A stretch of DNA of 64,000 bases from the human T2T-CHM13v2.0 reference genome, Homo sapiens. The DNA lies in NCBI RefSeq assembly GCF_009914755.1, contig NC_060929.1. One strand, 5' to 3'. The translations under genes and the position numbers were made by a program. This document shows positions 60,857-64,000 of this stretch, in pieces. The notes beneath the pieces were generated by a model. It saw only the letters and a list, made by a program, of their open reading frames with translations, did not search any database and was not told the DNA's origin. Position 1 is the first letter of the stretch. Each line of letters starts with the position of its first letter.

Positions 60857-61104
60857 TGTCTTGTAGAGTTTTTAAAAGCATGTTTCATGTTATTTTTTAA
60901 ACTGTGTAGAAAGTGGAAAAAAGGACACCACTTTTGTGATGGAAACTGCAGGAAAAAAACAGAGCCAGCTTGTGGCTGGTGGGGTGTGATCAAGAGGCCT
61001 TATTCTGGCAGGTGCATGAACACAGATAGCAGGAGAGTGGGAAAAACATGCTGGGGAGTAAAGCAAAGAAAGTTGTGTTTGCAAAGGGACTTAGAGGCTC
61101 TCAC

Positions 61105-61192
61105 CTGTGGTGAAAGTGCAGGCACATTTCACCAGGACACCCACACGGTGCATGGCCAGGAGGCATGTTACCAACAGGCTGACAAGAACCAG
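61105..61192 (-). pseudogene. SLC36-like exon remnant (LVLVSLLVTCLLAMHRVGVLVKCA/HFHHR)
   Basis: Matches PAT1 [30 protein letters not shown]. Acceptor ctccag, donor gtgaga. 88 bp versus 89 expected from the protein alignment, i.e. a 1-nt frameshift. Confidence 0.88.
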
Positions 61193-61249
61193 CTGGAGAT
61201 GGGATGTGGGCAGAAGGAAGAGAGTTGAAGAGGTATGTTAGAATGAAAA

Positions 61250-62960
<1,711 letters not shown>

Positions 62961-64000
62961 ACCTTGAATATTTAAGAAATGTACACGGGAAGACTAAGAA
63001 CTCTGCCATTTGATAATATTGGTACAAATGTACAAGTCGCCTCACATGAATGGGCAATAAGACACCATGGCAGGCGGGGCTGCCTATGCCACCCTCCCTC
63101 TCAACCACTCTGCAGAAACAGCCTCTCATTGCCTGGGTGTGGAGAGTGGAGAGTCTGGCAATAAAAGTACATTATGTTGGACAGGACATGGGTTTGAACA
63201 TGGAGACTCTCCCAGTCACCTCTAATATCACAGAGAACAATGATGGAACCCAAAGTGTGCAGCAACTTCAGAGAAGGCGAAGGGATGGGGGTTTCAGTGA
63301 TGCTGGAGGAAGAAAGGCAGAGGACAGGTTTTAGGGACAAAACTGATCTCCAGAGCTAAGAAGGCAGACAAGCGAAGCTAAGAAGGTAGGAAGGGAAGAC
63401 AAGATGGACTTCCAAGTCAAAAGGGAAGAAAAGGGTTATCACTCCACATGACAGTCTAGAGACATGTATAACCTTGTCTGCTTTTTTTGTTTTGTCACAG
63501 ACTCATTTTGCATGAAATAAATTTATCTCCCAGAAAAAGAGCAGATATTAATCACTAGACTTTGCCTACAATTTCATGAGTCTTATGGAATTCCTAAGAC
63601 CCAGGTATGATCCTCTGGCCTAGGGAATAAATGAGATGAGAATAATCATTAATAAATAATAATAATAATAGAAACCATTTGATTGTCGAGTATTCTAAAG
63701 TTTACAAAATAATCTTACAAAATTGTTTAATTTAATCTTTCTAATAACTAAGCTGTCAATTCCCATTTTACAAGTGAGGAAACTGAGGCTCAAAAGAGCT
63801 AGAGAGGGAGTGACTGTAAATAAACAGAAAGTTTTTAGGGGCAATGCAATTTGTTCTAAAATTAGATTGTGGTGATGGTTGCACAACTTTGTAAATTTAC
63901 TGAAAATTCATTGAGTTGTACACTAAAAATGAATAAATTATATGGTGTATAAAGGATACCTCAACAAAGCTGTTAAAAAATAAACAACAAAAAAAGGGCT

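Overview
Repeat-rich primate DNA, very probably human because it carries a near-consensus AluYg6 copy. I find no intact protein-coding gene, RNA gene or CRISPR array, and most ORFs in the track are Alu/L1/LTR artefacts. The backbone is a roughly 56-kb intron-containing pseudogene of the SLC36 (PAT, proton-coupled amino acid transporter) family on the minus strand. Seven collinear exon remnants run from 61192 down to 5355; six carry stops or frameshifts and two have broken splice acceptors. The paralog resembles PAT1, PAT2 and PAT3 in different places, so it may be a lost extra family member; placement in the SLC36A1/A2/A3 cluster is inference. Its introns hold two chimeric retrocopies (5' MED13 mRNA joined to L1 ORF2, and an Alu left arm joined to RUNDC1 mRNA inside one TSD), two long L1s, several LTR elements (MER11, LTR3-like, LTR8, LTR12, MER4-group, MSTA, full THE1D, an ERV with a Leu PBS), and several local direct and inverted duplications. 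Repeat subfamily names and reference protein comparisons come from memory of consensus sequences, not from searches.
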